The notes under the pieces were generated by a model. The model saw only the letters and a program-made list of their open reading frames with translations. It had not been told where the DNA came from and did no database searches. From the NCBI GenBank assembly GCA_002794465.1, contig MTSL01000126.1:16155-48154 (forward strand): 32,000 nt of DNA, given 5' to 3'. Shown in pieces: positions 8,611-18,119 of this stretch. Made by a program: the position numbers and the translations under genes. Source of the stretch: Paramicrosporidium saccamoebae KSL3. Taxonomy: Eukaryota > Fungi > Cryptomycota. Every line of letters starts with the position of its first letter. Within the stretch, counting starts at the first letter, position 1.

Positions 8611-9630
8611 TTATAGACCACATTTATCCAGCTTTATCTTTTCGGATGCGTAAACGTCAGGTGGGATTACCGGCTTATACACTGTGGGATCTGCAACCCA
8701 TCGCTCCCACTCGCACTGTCGAACATAGAATAGCATAAAGACATTATCTGAAGCTGCCAAGGCAGCGCTCCGATCGACCTTTGTGACCCCCACGTCATCG
8801 AAATGGTACCAGGTATCACTGGAGGCTTCGGTGCAGACAGTGGCAGCGTAGTGTCCTGACATGGTATGGATCAGTCCCATGAGCATAAAAGTCTCCCCTG
8901 AGACTTGCATGGTATCGCTGTAGATGACGTTAGAGGATTCGCTGCCACCGTCGCTGTCGTTGTCGCGGACCTGAAGCACAAGCATATCTCCCTTCGCAGA
9001 GGTCTTCTTAATAACGGTCGCATCCAGCTGCTCACCCCATTGGGTGAATCCAGCCTGCTCGAAGCGATCAACTGTTGCTTGGTCTGCAGGCTTTGTAATG
9101 TTCATACTCTGTGAGAAGGACGTCTCAGCCAAGGCCTGTTCAACTGATACTCCGGGATCCAGGTACAGGAACAATTGTATGCTGGAAGTCTCCATTTCCA
9201 TCAATGTCTTGTACTCGAGCAGCTGTCCCCCAACCGGCACATATGCTACCCGACTGACCTCGAGTAGAAACATTTTACCCAATATTGGCACCATGTACTC
9301 GACAAGCTTGGTGAAAAAGATGTCCGGGTCCTCCGGACGATCCCACTCTGCTCCGGGTCTATCCTGTTGTTGGGAGTCGGCAATGTAAAGACGATAGAAG
9401 GAGGTAATGGAGACAGCAGTGGAAGAGGTTTGCATTTCAGCAAAGAGCTGCGCAAGGGAGTGAGGGAGCTCACCATCAGAATTGGTGTACACAAGACTGC
9501 GGGCCGGTGGAATATAGAAGAGATTCTGTAAAGCTGTGGTGATGTAGCAGGTGTGGCTCATATTATTAACGAGATTAACTGGTGCGCCGTAAACGGCCGC
9601 GACCACCGCCAACAGCACTACCAGAAACAT
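8611..9630 (-). CDS. Signal-peptide-bearing minimal USP (peptidase C19) deubiquitinase-like protein
   Basis: MFLVVLLAVVAAVYGA signal peptide; Cys box NNMSHTCYITTALQNL; PEDPDIFFTKLVE (QDAxEF-like); His box SGHYAATV and WYHFDDVGV; terminal FMLFYVR strand. Confidence 0.8.
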   Translation of the reverse strand: MFLVVLLAVVAAVYGAPVNLVNNMSHTCYITTALQNLFYIPPARSLVYTNSDGELPHSLAQLFAEMQTSSTAVSITSFYRLYIADSQQQDRPGAEWDRPEDPDIFFTKLVEYMVPILGKMFLLEVSRVAYVPVGGQLLEYKTLMEMETSSIQLFLYLDPGVSVEQALAETSFSQSMNITKPADQATVDRFEQAGFTQWGEQLDATVIKKTSAKGDMLVLQVRDNDSDGGSESSNVIYSDTMQVSGETFMLMGLIHTMSGHYAATVCTEASSDTWYHFDDVGVTKVDRSAALAASDNVFMLFYVRQCEWERWVADPTVYKPVIPPDVYASEKIKLDKCGL

Positions 9631-9957
9631 TAGTTTGTTGCCACTGGCGGACAGTTCGCTTTTTGGACATGATCATTGTGTTTACCATCATAACAGTCAA
9701 ATTTCCTTATTGGTACCAAATGACCCGTCAAGCATCAATAGGTCATTCCGATGCCATCTACCCAAGAAGTGACCGAAAAGTTGTCGAGAGGTTTCTGTCA
9801 AGTAATATTTTCTGTGCCTTTTTGTAAACTTGGGAATACTTTAATTTGATCATATGGGTTAAATTTCTCTCCTTTGTCGCTGCTAGCTATTTTATTAGGA
9901 CACACCGAGATGAACAGAATGCAGTTTACTGTGTTCTAGTTCTAGCACTAGTACTGG

Positions 9958-10761
9958 TTACGCCAGACTTTCAATCAAACTGTCCCGGAACTCTTCCACA
10001 ATAGCCGTAGGCTTGGCATCCTGAATCTTAAAGATACTCTCAATCACTGACAATTCGGTGCTGGTCGTGTCCAGTCCTGTAAAGGCGCACCAGTCGTTTA
10101 CAACCAGCCCAGCCCCAAGCATATCCAAACCACGATTCACGGTTCCAGCAACTAACGGAATCTGCAGCAGAGTTGACAACTCGTCCTGGTCCTCCACACT
10201 GGTCCTTGGGTGCACCAATCCACCCTGATTACTCAGCGCACAGTAAGTGCCGACAAGGACGTTGGTGGCAATGGTGTGGCGAAACACTTCCACCTTGAGC
10301 ACGTCGGCAATAATCTCCTCTGTCTCACGGTCGAGGTCAGGATGTACGAGAGCCACGTAGTCGTTGCAGGCAATGACGTTTCCGAGGGCAGAAAGACGCT
10401 CTTCAACGCGTTGGATGTTCACAGTGTCGGGAATAGAGTTGCGAAGATGCTGCAGCTCCTGGTCGGTGGTCGTGTTGGGCACTAGCAGTCCGTGACGATT
10501 TCCTACACGATATAGAACGTTTAAGCGAGTGTACCGGCTGTCAGACGCCCAATAACACGGGTTCCAGCAATAGATGCATGCACAACGGGAATGACGTCAG
10601 CAAGCTCGCTCTCGAAAACACTGTAAAAGTTTTCTGACCCACCGATAGCAACCAGACAGTACGAGTTGGTGAGCTTGGAGAAGACACCAACGTCATTACT
10701 GTTTTCAAACTGACAACCTACAAAGTTGAGGAAAAGAAGGGGATCCAGTACGTTGCGCCAT
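9958..10761 (-). CDS. TIF6: Eukaryotic translation initiation factor 6; exons 10761-10752, 10717-10535, 10502-9958
   Basis: Spliced product [36 protein letters not shown]...[23 protein letters not shown]...[11 protein letters not shown] is very close to known eIF6; GT-AG introns 10718-10751 (34 nt) and 10503-10534 (32 nt). Confidence 0.97.
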
Positions 10762-10943
10762 CCTGAAGAAGCAAACTTGACAAGGGTATGGATACGGCCG
10801 ACGATCCGAAATAGGAAGGCAGTCGCATTGATATTTTATTGTATTTGGGGGTGGCAAACTAATCAGTCGGCAGTTGTGAGGATAAATTAGTTTGCATCTA
10901 TTACCATGGCAGTTGCGTTATTTACCATATTAAAACAATCGCG

Positions 10944-10965
10944 GAGCCAATCAAAATGATTGCTC
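10944..10965. promoter_or_regulatory. Near-palindromic CCAAT-box pair in the eIF6/H3 divergent promoter
   Basis: GAGCCAATCA-AAA-TGATTGCTC about 67-88 nt upstream of the H3 ATG. Confidence 0.25.
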
Positions 10966-11031
10966 TTTGGGTGTAGCTTTCATGCATTATGCATTCCAAC
11001 CAGGGACCGAGACAAGGACTCATCTGACAAA

Positions 11032-11436
11032 ATGGCTCGCACTAAACAAACAGCACGCAAGTCCACTGGTGGAAAGGCCCCTCGCAAGCAGCTTGCCACA
11101 AAGGCGTCTAAATCAGCTGCGCCTGCCGGCATCAAAAAACCACATCGTTATCGTCCCGGCACGGTCGCTCTTCGCGAGATCCGTCGTTATCAAAAGTCTA
11201 CTGAACTGTTAATTCGCAAGTTGCCGTTTCAGAGACTGGTGAGAGAGGTGGCTGGCGAAACAAAGGGCGATCTGCGGTTCCAAAGCACGGCAGTGGCAGC
11301 ATTGCAGGAGGCCGCCGAGGCTTATCTGGTTGGCCTGTTTGAAGATACCAACCTGTGTGCGATTCATGCAAAACGAGTAACCATCATGGTACGCGACATC
11401 CAACTTGCCCGTCGTTTGCGTGGAGAGAGATCGTAA
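11032..11436 (+). CDS. H3: Histone H3, divergent variant (134 aa)
   Basis: [21 protein letters not shown]...[37 protein letters not shown]...[17 protein letters not shown]; true start ATG 11032 (the track's 10960 start is a TTG extension). Confidence 0.97.
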   Translation: MARTKQTARKSTGGKAPRKQLATKASKSAAPAGIKKPHRYRPGTVALREIRRYQKSTELLIRKLPFQRLVREVAGETKGDLRFQSTAVAALQEAAEAYLVGLFEDTNLCAIHAKRVTIMVRDIQLARRLRGERS

Positions 11437-11679
11437 GCCTGGCTGCTGACGGAGGACAGTAATTAGTAAGTCATGTCATAAGAACGGATGATTGAATGAA
11501 AATGATTGTACATACAAGTGCGAGCTTAAATTATAAAGCCTCAGCGTAGGCCCAGTTCGTATAGAGTATTTAATGGGAAAGAAATATATAGACCAGGGAT
11601 TCAATCGTCTTACTACAAACCTCGCAGCAAGTAAACTCTAATATTAATATCGTAGTGCCTTACCGGGGATTAAGGATCG

Positions 11680-13014
11680 ATGACGGTAAAGTTTCAACAT
11701 TTGGTCCTAGATTCAGGGCCCATCATCCTGAACACTGTACCGACAACGCTCTCTGAACACTTATATACTACCCCAGAAGTGCTGGCCGAGCTGAAAGATG
11801 TTGCCACTCGCGACCGTCTTGTGCTCTATCCCAACCTTGTTGTACGCAACCCGAGCATGGAAGCTTTGCAGACGGTTCGTGAGTTTGCAAAGATGACGGG
11901 TGATGTGGTGAGTCTGTCAGGGACAGATTTGAAAGTGGTTGCTTTGACTCTGACGCTAGAGTGGGAAATGAATGGAGTTGCATCAGCCCGAACCCGTCCT
12001 GTGGACTTGAAGATTCACGAGAGTCAGTCGATGGAAAAGAAGACATCCATAGGATCATCCAAATTATCCAAAGTGTCTACCGCTGCTGTTGCTGCCACAA
12101 GTGGCGAGGAAGTATCTATGCCCGAAGACAAAGTATCTCTGCCCAAGGAAGAGGCATCTGTATCTAAAGGAAAAGAATCCCTGCCCAATTCGGTACAGGA
12201 AAAAGAATCCCTGTCCAACTCGGTACAGGAAAAAGAATCTCTGTCCAACTCGGTGCAAGAAAAAGAATCCCTGTCCAACTCGGTGCAGGAAAAAGCAGCT
12301 CTACCCGCATCCGAATCTGAATCTAAATCCAAATCCAAGAAAACTTCTGGACCTACACCCGATTCTAACCCAGTAGAGGAGGAAGAGTGGGATGGTGACT
12401 GGATTACACCTGATAACATTGCCATGGTCAAGGCAAAAGCATCCAAGACTCTGAGCTCTCCGGCCGCAGGCACTGTTGGATGCATGTCCACCGATTTTGC
12501 CGTGCAAAACGTCCTACTCCAGATGCGTTTAAAGGTCTATGGTCCAGAAGGCTATCGAATTCGTCAAGTGAAGAGCTGGCTTCTTCGTTGCCACGCATGC
12601 TACTCAATCACCCGTCAGCTGGAGCGTCGTTTCTGTGACAAATGTGGAGGCGCTACCCTGCTTCGGACATCGTACATGGTGGATGCCCAAGGACAGACGC
12701 ATCTGTTTCTAAAGCGCGACTTTCAGTACAATTTGCGTGGAACAAAGACGCCGTTGCCGATGCCCAAGGCTGGACGGGGAGGAAACACGGTGCTCTTACG
12801 AGAAGATCAGAAGGAGTATCAGCAAGCGATGAAATCCTACCAACGACAAGAGAAACGGGCAGCAAAGATGACTGATCTGGATGCGATAGACGATCGACTG
12901 GCCACAGTGTTTGGAGGCATGACTTTCAAAGGCGCCGCCAAGCTAGAAATGCCCTTCCTGCCCGTCATTGGTTTTGGTCGCAAGAATCCCAATCAGGCAC
13001 GTCGTAGAGTTTAA
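11680..13014 (+). CDS. NOB1: 20S pre-rRNA site-D endonuclease Nob1 (PIN + Zn ribbon)
   Basis: PIN motifs LVLDSG, TTPEVLAELKD, GDVVSLSGTDLKVVAL; WDGDWITPDNI; STDFAVQNVLLQM; Zn ribbon RCHAC...FCDKCG; NLRGTK; FGRKNPN. Confidence 0.93.
   Translation: MTVKFQHLVLDSGPIILNTVPTTLSEHLYTTPEVLAELKDVATRDRLVLYPNLVVRNPSMEALQTVREFAKMTGDVVSLSGTDLKVVALTLTLEWEMNGVASARTRPVDLKIHESQSMEKKTSIGSSKLSKVSTAAVAATSGEEVSMPEDKVSLPKEEASVSKGKESLPNSVQEKESLSNSVQEKESLSNSVQEKESLSNSVQEKAALPASESESKSKSKKTSGPTPDSNPVEEEEWDGDWITPDNIAMVKAKASKTLSSPAAGTVGCMSTDFAVQNVLLQMRLKVYGPEGYRIRQVKSWLLRCHACYSITRQLERRFCDKCGGATLLRTSYMVDAQGQTHLFLKRDFQYNLRGTKTPLPMPKAGRGGNTVLLREDQKEYQQAMKSYQRQEKRAAKMTDLDAIDDRLATVFGGMTFKGAAKLEMPFLPVIGFGRKNPNQARRRV
12106..12295 (+). 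repeat. In-frame coding minisatellite in NOB1: four degenerate 21-bp units overlapping four 30-bp units (KESLSNSVQE)
   Basis: 30-bp units start at 12171, 12201, 12231, 12261; 21-bp units at 12106, 12127, 12148, 12169. Confidence 0.9.
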
Positions 13015-13801
13015 ATAAATTTATTTTTCGCAATAACACGGACGACCGAAGCAATGTGGATTCGAGAATCATGAGAGAGTTGTTTGCAAGGACAAAAAAG
13101 TTGATGGACGCAGGCAGCATGGACAAGATTACGGCCGAGAAGACGTTTGCAGTCTGAAGCAGCCAGTAGATCCATCGCTTGCCTTGTCGGCCCCGAAACA
13201 GCCACCAAACACTGCCCACATTAGACGCCACCACTACGGCTGTCAATAAGGGAAATGTCACACCCAAATCATAGCCAAATAGACCCGTGTCCCATCCAGC
13301 CACGGGGACTTCTCCATCAGCTCCCCACCATGGGAAGGCCCCCATCCGACGCAGGGCAGCCCCCATTCCCACAAACAACGGCAAATGCAACAAAATCGGA
13401 GTCAGCGATCTCAGAGGATGAGTACCGTGGCGTCTTAGCGCGGCGAGCCAAGCAATACCAACGGCCACGCGGAGTGCCGGCTTTGTTTTGTGTCGGAGTC
13501 GGAGGGTGGGCACTTCACCAGTGACGTCATGATGAGCACGTTGCATTAGTGATTGCTGACAAAGTGTCCATATTCTGACCGGCAATACTGCAACTCTGAC
13601 CATTGTTGTAGCTGCAAGAATGGTGGCCCACCAGGGCAGACCTGTTCCATGCATAACCTCCATTCCCGTCTGCATCAATGCCACACCACCTCCAAAAACC
13701 TCTCCCGTATACTCCCAGAACCCAATATCATTCAACTTTGGGGTACTGTACAATCGCACTAACCGGCGTGGTCTCGGCCACCGGAGGCGCCGAGAAAACA
13801 T
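12965..13801 (-). CDS. COX18: Mitochondrial inner-membrane insertase of the Oxa1/YidC family, Cox18-like
   Basis: Arg-rich leader MFSRRLRWPRPRRLVRLYS; family motif HGTGLPWWATILAATTMVRVAVLP; HPLRSLTPILLHLPLF; further TM helices; no long C-terminal ribosome-binding tail. Oxa1 vs Cox18 assignment is tentative. Confidence 0.72.
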   Translation of the reverse strand: MFSRRLRWPRPRRLVRLYSTPKLNDIGFWEYTGEVFGGGVALMQTGMEVMHGTGLPWWATILAATTMVRVAVLPVRIWTLCQQSLMQRAHHDVTGEVPTLRLRHKTKPALRVAVGIAWLAALRRHGTHPLRSLTPILLHLPLFVGMGAALRRMGAFPWWGADGEVPVAGWDTGLFGYDLGVTFPLLTAVVVASNVGSVWWLFRGRQGKRWIYWLLQTANVFSAVILSMLPASINFFVLANNSLMILESTLLRSSVLLRKINLFKLYDVPDWDSCDQNQ

Positions 13802-13912
13802 GGAATCAATTAAGCATTTCTTAAGTTGTGATAGTTTTGTTAGTGCACAAGATTTTTTTATTAAGGATTATGGTGTCGTTACTAGGTGCCATCCTTGATA
13901 GGATGAGCATGG

Positions 13913-14015
13913 GTTGTGGGGATAGATATCAGGATTGTGGGATAGCTACCAGGATTGTGGGATAGCTACCAGGATTGTGGGATAGCTATCAGGATTGTGG
14001 GATAGAGATCAGGAT
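13913..14015. repeat. 20-bp intergenic minisatellite, ~5 copies (GATAGCTACCAGGATTGTGG)
   Basis: Units at 13921, 13941, 13961, 13981 and a partial at 14001; head-to-tail with no spacers. Confidence 0.92.
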
Positions 14016-14045
14016 CACTAGCCATAAGCGGATACTGTTTAACAT
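14011..14045 (+). repeat. 35-bp intergenic motif, direct copy at 17982-18016
   Basis: aggatcactagccataagcggatactgtttaacat vs aggattaccgatcataagcggacactgtttaaaat, 28/35 identical. Confidence 0.7.
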
Positions 14046-14164
14046 ATCTTTACTGTAAACTTTATCTGGATCAAGACCATCGGCCACCATCTAAATCTTT
14101 GGTCATTAGTTTATTGCACACTCGGCAAATTAATTAAACATGCATTATCCACCCATTTTTAGGC

Positions 14165-17100
14165 TTATTCGGGATAGTCTGAAAGACGGAGGGTAAGCAC
14201 TTTACTCGAATTCTCTTCAGGATCGCGATAGATTCCAACTAGACTATCGGCTTTGGCATACAACGAGCTCTTCAACGAAATTACCAGAAATTGCACTGGA
14301 GATACGGCAATCTCACGAGGACTCGACCCCAACTGCGAAGTATTTGTAACTTGGCCACCAAGGGAACGCGCCCGAATGAATGCAGCAACGCGATGTACAT
14401 TGGCAGCATCCAATGCAGCATCAATCTCGTCGAGGATAAAGAAAGGTGCAGGCCGATACGAATGGATCGCAAATAGGAGCGCCAAGGCTGCAACTGTGCG
14501 CTCACCGCCGGATAACTGATCCATGTCCAGGAATCGTTTCATTGGAGGCATGGCATGGAATCGCACTCCCTCTGAAAATGGCTCTTCGTTATTCTCAACA
14601 CTCAGAAAGGCGCTGCCACCAGTAGGAACTAGATCAGACCGGGTCAGCTCCTTGTAAATGGTGTCAATATTGGACGAAATCTGCTTGAATGCATGATTGA
14701 AGCGATCAAACCGCTTGCTCTTTACCAAAGAAAAGTCTTCCTTGGCCTTTTTCAAATCATTCTTAGTCTTTTCAAATGCTTCCAAGGTGCTCTTCAGACG
14801 GGTCTCTGCGCCGTCAATCTTATCCAACGCGCGCAGATTCGGAGCAAGTTTGTCCATTTCATCCTGGACTGCATTCAACTGTTCAGTGTACTTGCGCTCA
14901 TTGGCAGCATCCAAGGGTGATGCTGTGCGCTTCTGGCGAGGCAGCGAGGAATAGTCAAAGACGATGGGATCACGACTCTGATCAACTTCAAGATCTACAT
15001 CGGCAAATGAGCACTCGGAATTGGCCATGGGGAGATCGACCTGTTCCATTTTACAGGTGCGGAGGAGCACCTTGCGACTTCCAAGTAGACGGTCCAGGTC
15101 ACATTCCTGGTTAGTCAATTCCTTGGAAACAAAAGTCAGGGCTTGCTGGGCAGTTGTAAGGACGGCCCGCTTTTCTTCAACAATTGCCTGCTCAGTCCTT
15201 TTCTTGGTCTTCACTTGGTCAAGTTCGCTCTTTATAGCGGAAGCTTTTTCACGCTTCTCCTCAACCAGATTCATCAAGTTCCTTTGCTCCCTTTCAATCC
15301 CGTCCAGTTCCTGCTGCAGAGCTGTAACCTTTTCCTTTCCCTCAGCAAGACGGCCTGTAGTTTGTGAATGTTGCTCTCTCAAGAACTGAATCTGATGCTG
15401 CAGTTTTGCAGCCACGGTGGCAAATTGAACTCGCTTCTCGGAAATTTCTTGGAAGAGACTCATCCTACTCGTCTCAAATTCCCTTACATTTCCAAATCCA
15501 ATTCTACCACAAAAGTCTGCAAATACCTCATCCTCAACACCGTGGACGGCAACAGTCCAAGTGGCCATTTCCTTTTCATACTTAGCCAGTGATTTGACTA
15601 GAGTGGCCAACTGAGCGCGACAACGGACTAGTTCTTGCTCTACATGCACCAACTCCTCCTGGATGCTCGACAACCGACGATTTTGCGCCTCCAACTCGTC
15701 CAAGAGGTATCGATGACGGGTCTCTAGCTCAACCAAATGCGCACGATTACGTTCCTCCGTCTCGGTTCTTTTCAAGCTCTTGCTAATGTCGGCGAGAGTG
15801 GCGAGACACGAATCACGCTCGCTCTTTAGGGATCGCACTTCACGCTCCTCCCAGCGATGTGATGGCTGGCCATAAACACCACCAGTAATCAATCCGCTCT
15901 TGTGAATGACAGTTCCATCCAAAGTAATTGCCTTTACCTTTACTCCGCGTTCATAGCAAAGACTTTTGGCAATCTGTGTCGAATCGCAGACGGCAGCACT
16001 GCCACAGGCATATCGGAAGGCGCGATCATACATAGAGTCAAAGCGGATCACTTCCATCACTGGACGACATCCATCAATCAACATGGACTTGATATTCTTC
16101 TCGCCGCCCTGGATAGTGTCAAGGGGAATGAACGTGGCCTGTCCAGCTCGTTGTTCTCTTAGGTATTGAATGCAGGCAATAGCCGTTCGTTCTTGATCAA
16201 TAACAATCGCATCGAGATTGCGACCGAGGGCTACCGAGACGGCCGCCTCATATTTTCGATTAGTAGGACGACATAGATCAATCATCCTTCCATGGACACC
16301 AGGAAAGATTCGCTTCAGGGTCTCAATGGTGGTGCACAGCTTAATTTCCCTCTCACTCTCCTGTCTCTCCACTTTGGCCTGCAGCAAGCGGGCCATGATC
16401 CCCCGCAACTTTTCAGTCATTTCAACTTGTGTCTGCTGCATTTTTAACTTGTTTGCCTGGAAAGTGGCAATTTCTCTTTGCATTCCCTCAATCTCGCCTT
16501 CCAGCTTTTCTGATTGCGCGCTTAGCTGGGCATGTTGCTTGTTGATGGCCTGCTCCTCCACTTCCAGACGCCCGCGTGCACCCTCCAATTCGGAAATTTT
16601 GTCTTCAAGTTGGCCCTTTGTCGCCATCTCGGGTGCAATTTTGTGTTCCAATGATTCCAACTTTAGCTTTTCTTTGGCACTGCGTTCTGAGGCCACTACT
16701 CGGAGTTCATTGTATTCGGCAATCAATCCGGGCTTGATGTCAGCTGCCGCAATCTGCTTCAGTGACTGGGCTTCAAACCGCTGTGCTGCTTCTTCGACCT
16801 TGGTGGCCTCGAGTTCAGCGGCCTGTGCTTCTCCCTCTTGTTCAGCTAAATCACTGATGGCACGTTGACAAACTTCGGTTGCAGCAGCCAGACGCTGGCT
16901 AACAAACTTATGACGTTCAGTAAGCTGGGCAGATTTTGGTCCTTCGTCGGTCATTTGTTTCTCTGCCGTCTTTACCTTTTTCTCAATGGCCAACAAATCC
17001 TTCTCTACCTTTGCTTGTTTCTTTTTGGCATCCTTCCAAATGGTCTCGGCTTTTTGAACTGTCAGCTGGGCCTCTTTCAATTCTCCGTCTTTGGCCTCCA

Positions 17101-17851
17101 AGATGGCACCGATCTTGCGGGCTGAATCCTCAACATGAAACAACTTCCACAAATAATGTTCTGCCTTTAGCGCGCGATACTTTTCTTGCATCTTTTCATA
17201 ATTGATGACGTCATCACGCTGCTCCTGAACAAGTCTCAATTCCGCCCCCAATCCGCGTTTGCGATTAAAATTCAATGATGACTCTTCCACTGCCCTGTCC
17301 AAGGCCACCTAACAGTCAGTAATCTCATTTTAGTATACCTTGCAACGATCATATTCCTCGCAGTATTCTTCAGAGCCTGATATTTGCTCAAACAAGCGTG
17401 TCAGCTCTTTGGGGGATTTGCTTGCCATGGCCTCTACATCGCCTTGGAAGACTAGGAAATTTCGTGCCTTGATGAGCACATTTTCGCCCTCCCAAACTCG
17501 AACATACTCTGCATAGGAGACTGTTCGTCCATCTAGACGGTACTCTGACACGCCTGCTGCACTCACTCTACGTCCAAACACCATCTCCACACCGTCCTTT
17601 TCGTATACAGCCTCCACACTTGCAAAGGACGCCTGCATCTCGCCTGACCGGAATATCAGTTCGTTCAACTGTTTTGAGCGGAGAGCTGCAGATTGCACAC
17701 CAAGCACAAAGGACAATGCGTCCATCAGGTTGGACTTGCCGGCACCATTGGGTCCAATGACACTGACAAAGTTGTCGCCAAAGGGACCTATTCGCTGTTT
17801 GCCGTTGTATGATTTAAAATTCTCGACCTCGAGCCGCACAAGTCGTCCCAT
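14165..17851 (-). CDS. SMC1: Cohesin subunit SMC1; exons 17851-17339 and 17308-14165 (~1218 aa)
   Basis: MGRLVRLEVENFKSY, Walker A GPNGAGKSN, NFLVFQGDVE, hinge GVHGRMIDLC / TLDGTVIHKSGLITGG, RFHAMPPMKRF, LSGGE, LDEIDAALD; 30-nt intron 17309-17338 (gtatac...actgac...ttag) joins the two track ORFs in frame. Confidence 0.97.
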
Positions 17852-17853
17852 TC

Positions 17854-17875
17854 TCGCGCGTTATTTAACACGAAA
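17854..17875. promoter_or_regulatory. MCB-like (ACGCG) and SCB (CACGAAA) cell-cycle boxes next to the SMC1 start
   Basis: CGCGT at 17857-17861 and CACGAAA at 17869-17875, within 25 nt of the SMC1 ATG. Confidence 0.3.
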
Positions 17876-17981
17876 CCATTAAATATTTCTTTATCATGCA
17901 AAGCCTCAAGTCCCAGAACGAAGCTACGAGACGTTGGGGCTCTTCTACTTACGTGTAGGAATTATAGTCGCATTGAATTGT

Positions 17982-18016
17982 AGGATTACCGATCATAAGC
18001 GGACACTGTTTAAAAT
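17982..18016 (+). repeat. 35-bp intergenic motif, direct copy at 14011-14045
   Basis: See 14011-14045; 28/35 identity. Confidence 0.7.
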
Positions 18017-18119
18017 AATGTCTTGATGAGCGCATTATTTCATTTGATCATGTTCTAGTTAGAGATAACCATTCCTTAAACACGAATTAATTCACTATGT
18101 ATACTTTGATTTTAGGCCC

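Noticed and set aside
9630-9700. ACTAAT...GGTAG near the USP start as a 3' splice site that would remove the signal peptide
   Set aside because: Nearby upstream GT donors following an ATG are phase 0 and would join out of frame; ATG 9630 gives a complete signal peptide.
10960-11031. 24-aa N-terminal extension of H3 in the ORF track
   Set aside because: Starts at TTG; the canonical MARTK ATG is at 11032.
11032-11436. H3 variant as centromeric CENP-A/Cse4
   Set aside because: Canonical N-terminal tail, normal loop-1 length, and Q68, F84 and T118 are retained, all unlike CenH3.
13913-14015. 20-bp repeats as a CRISPR array
   Set aside because: Head-to-tail units with no unique spacers, no cas genes, eukaryotic context.
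14294-14360. Extra segment GGQVTNTSQLGSSPREIAVSP near the SMC1 C-terminus as a retained intron
   Set aside because: The only in-frame option needs a GTGGCC donor, CAG acceptor and 63-nt length, all unlike the 13 local introns; more likely a loop insertion.
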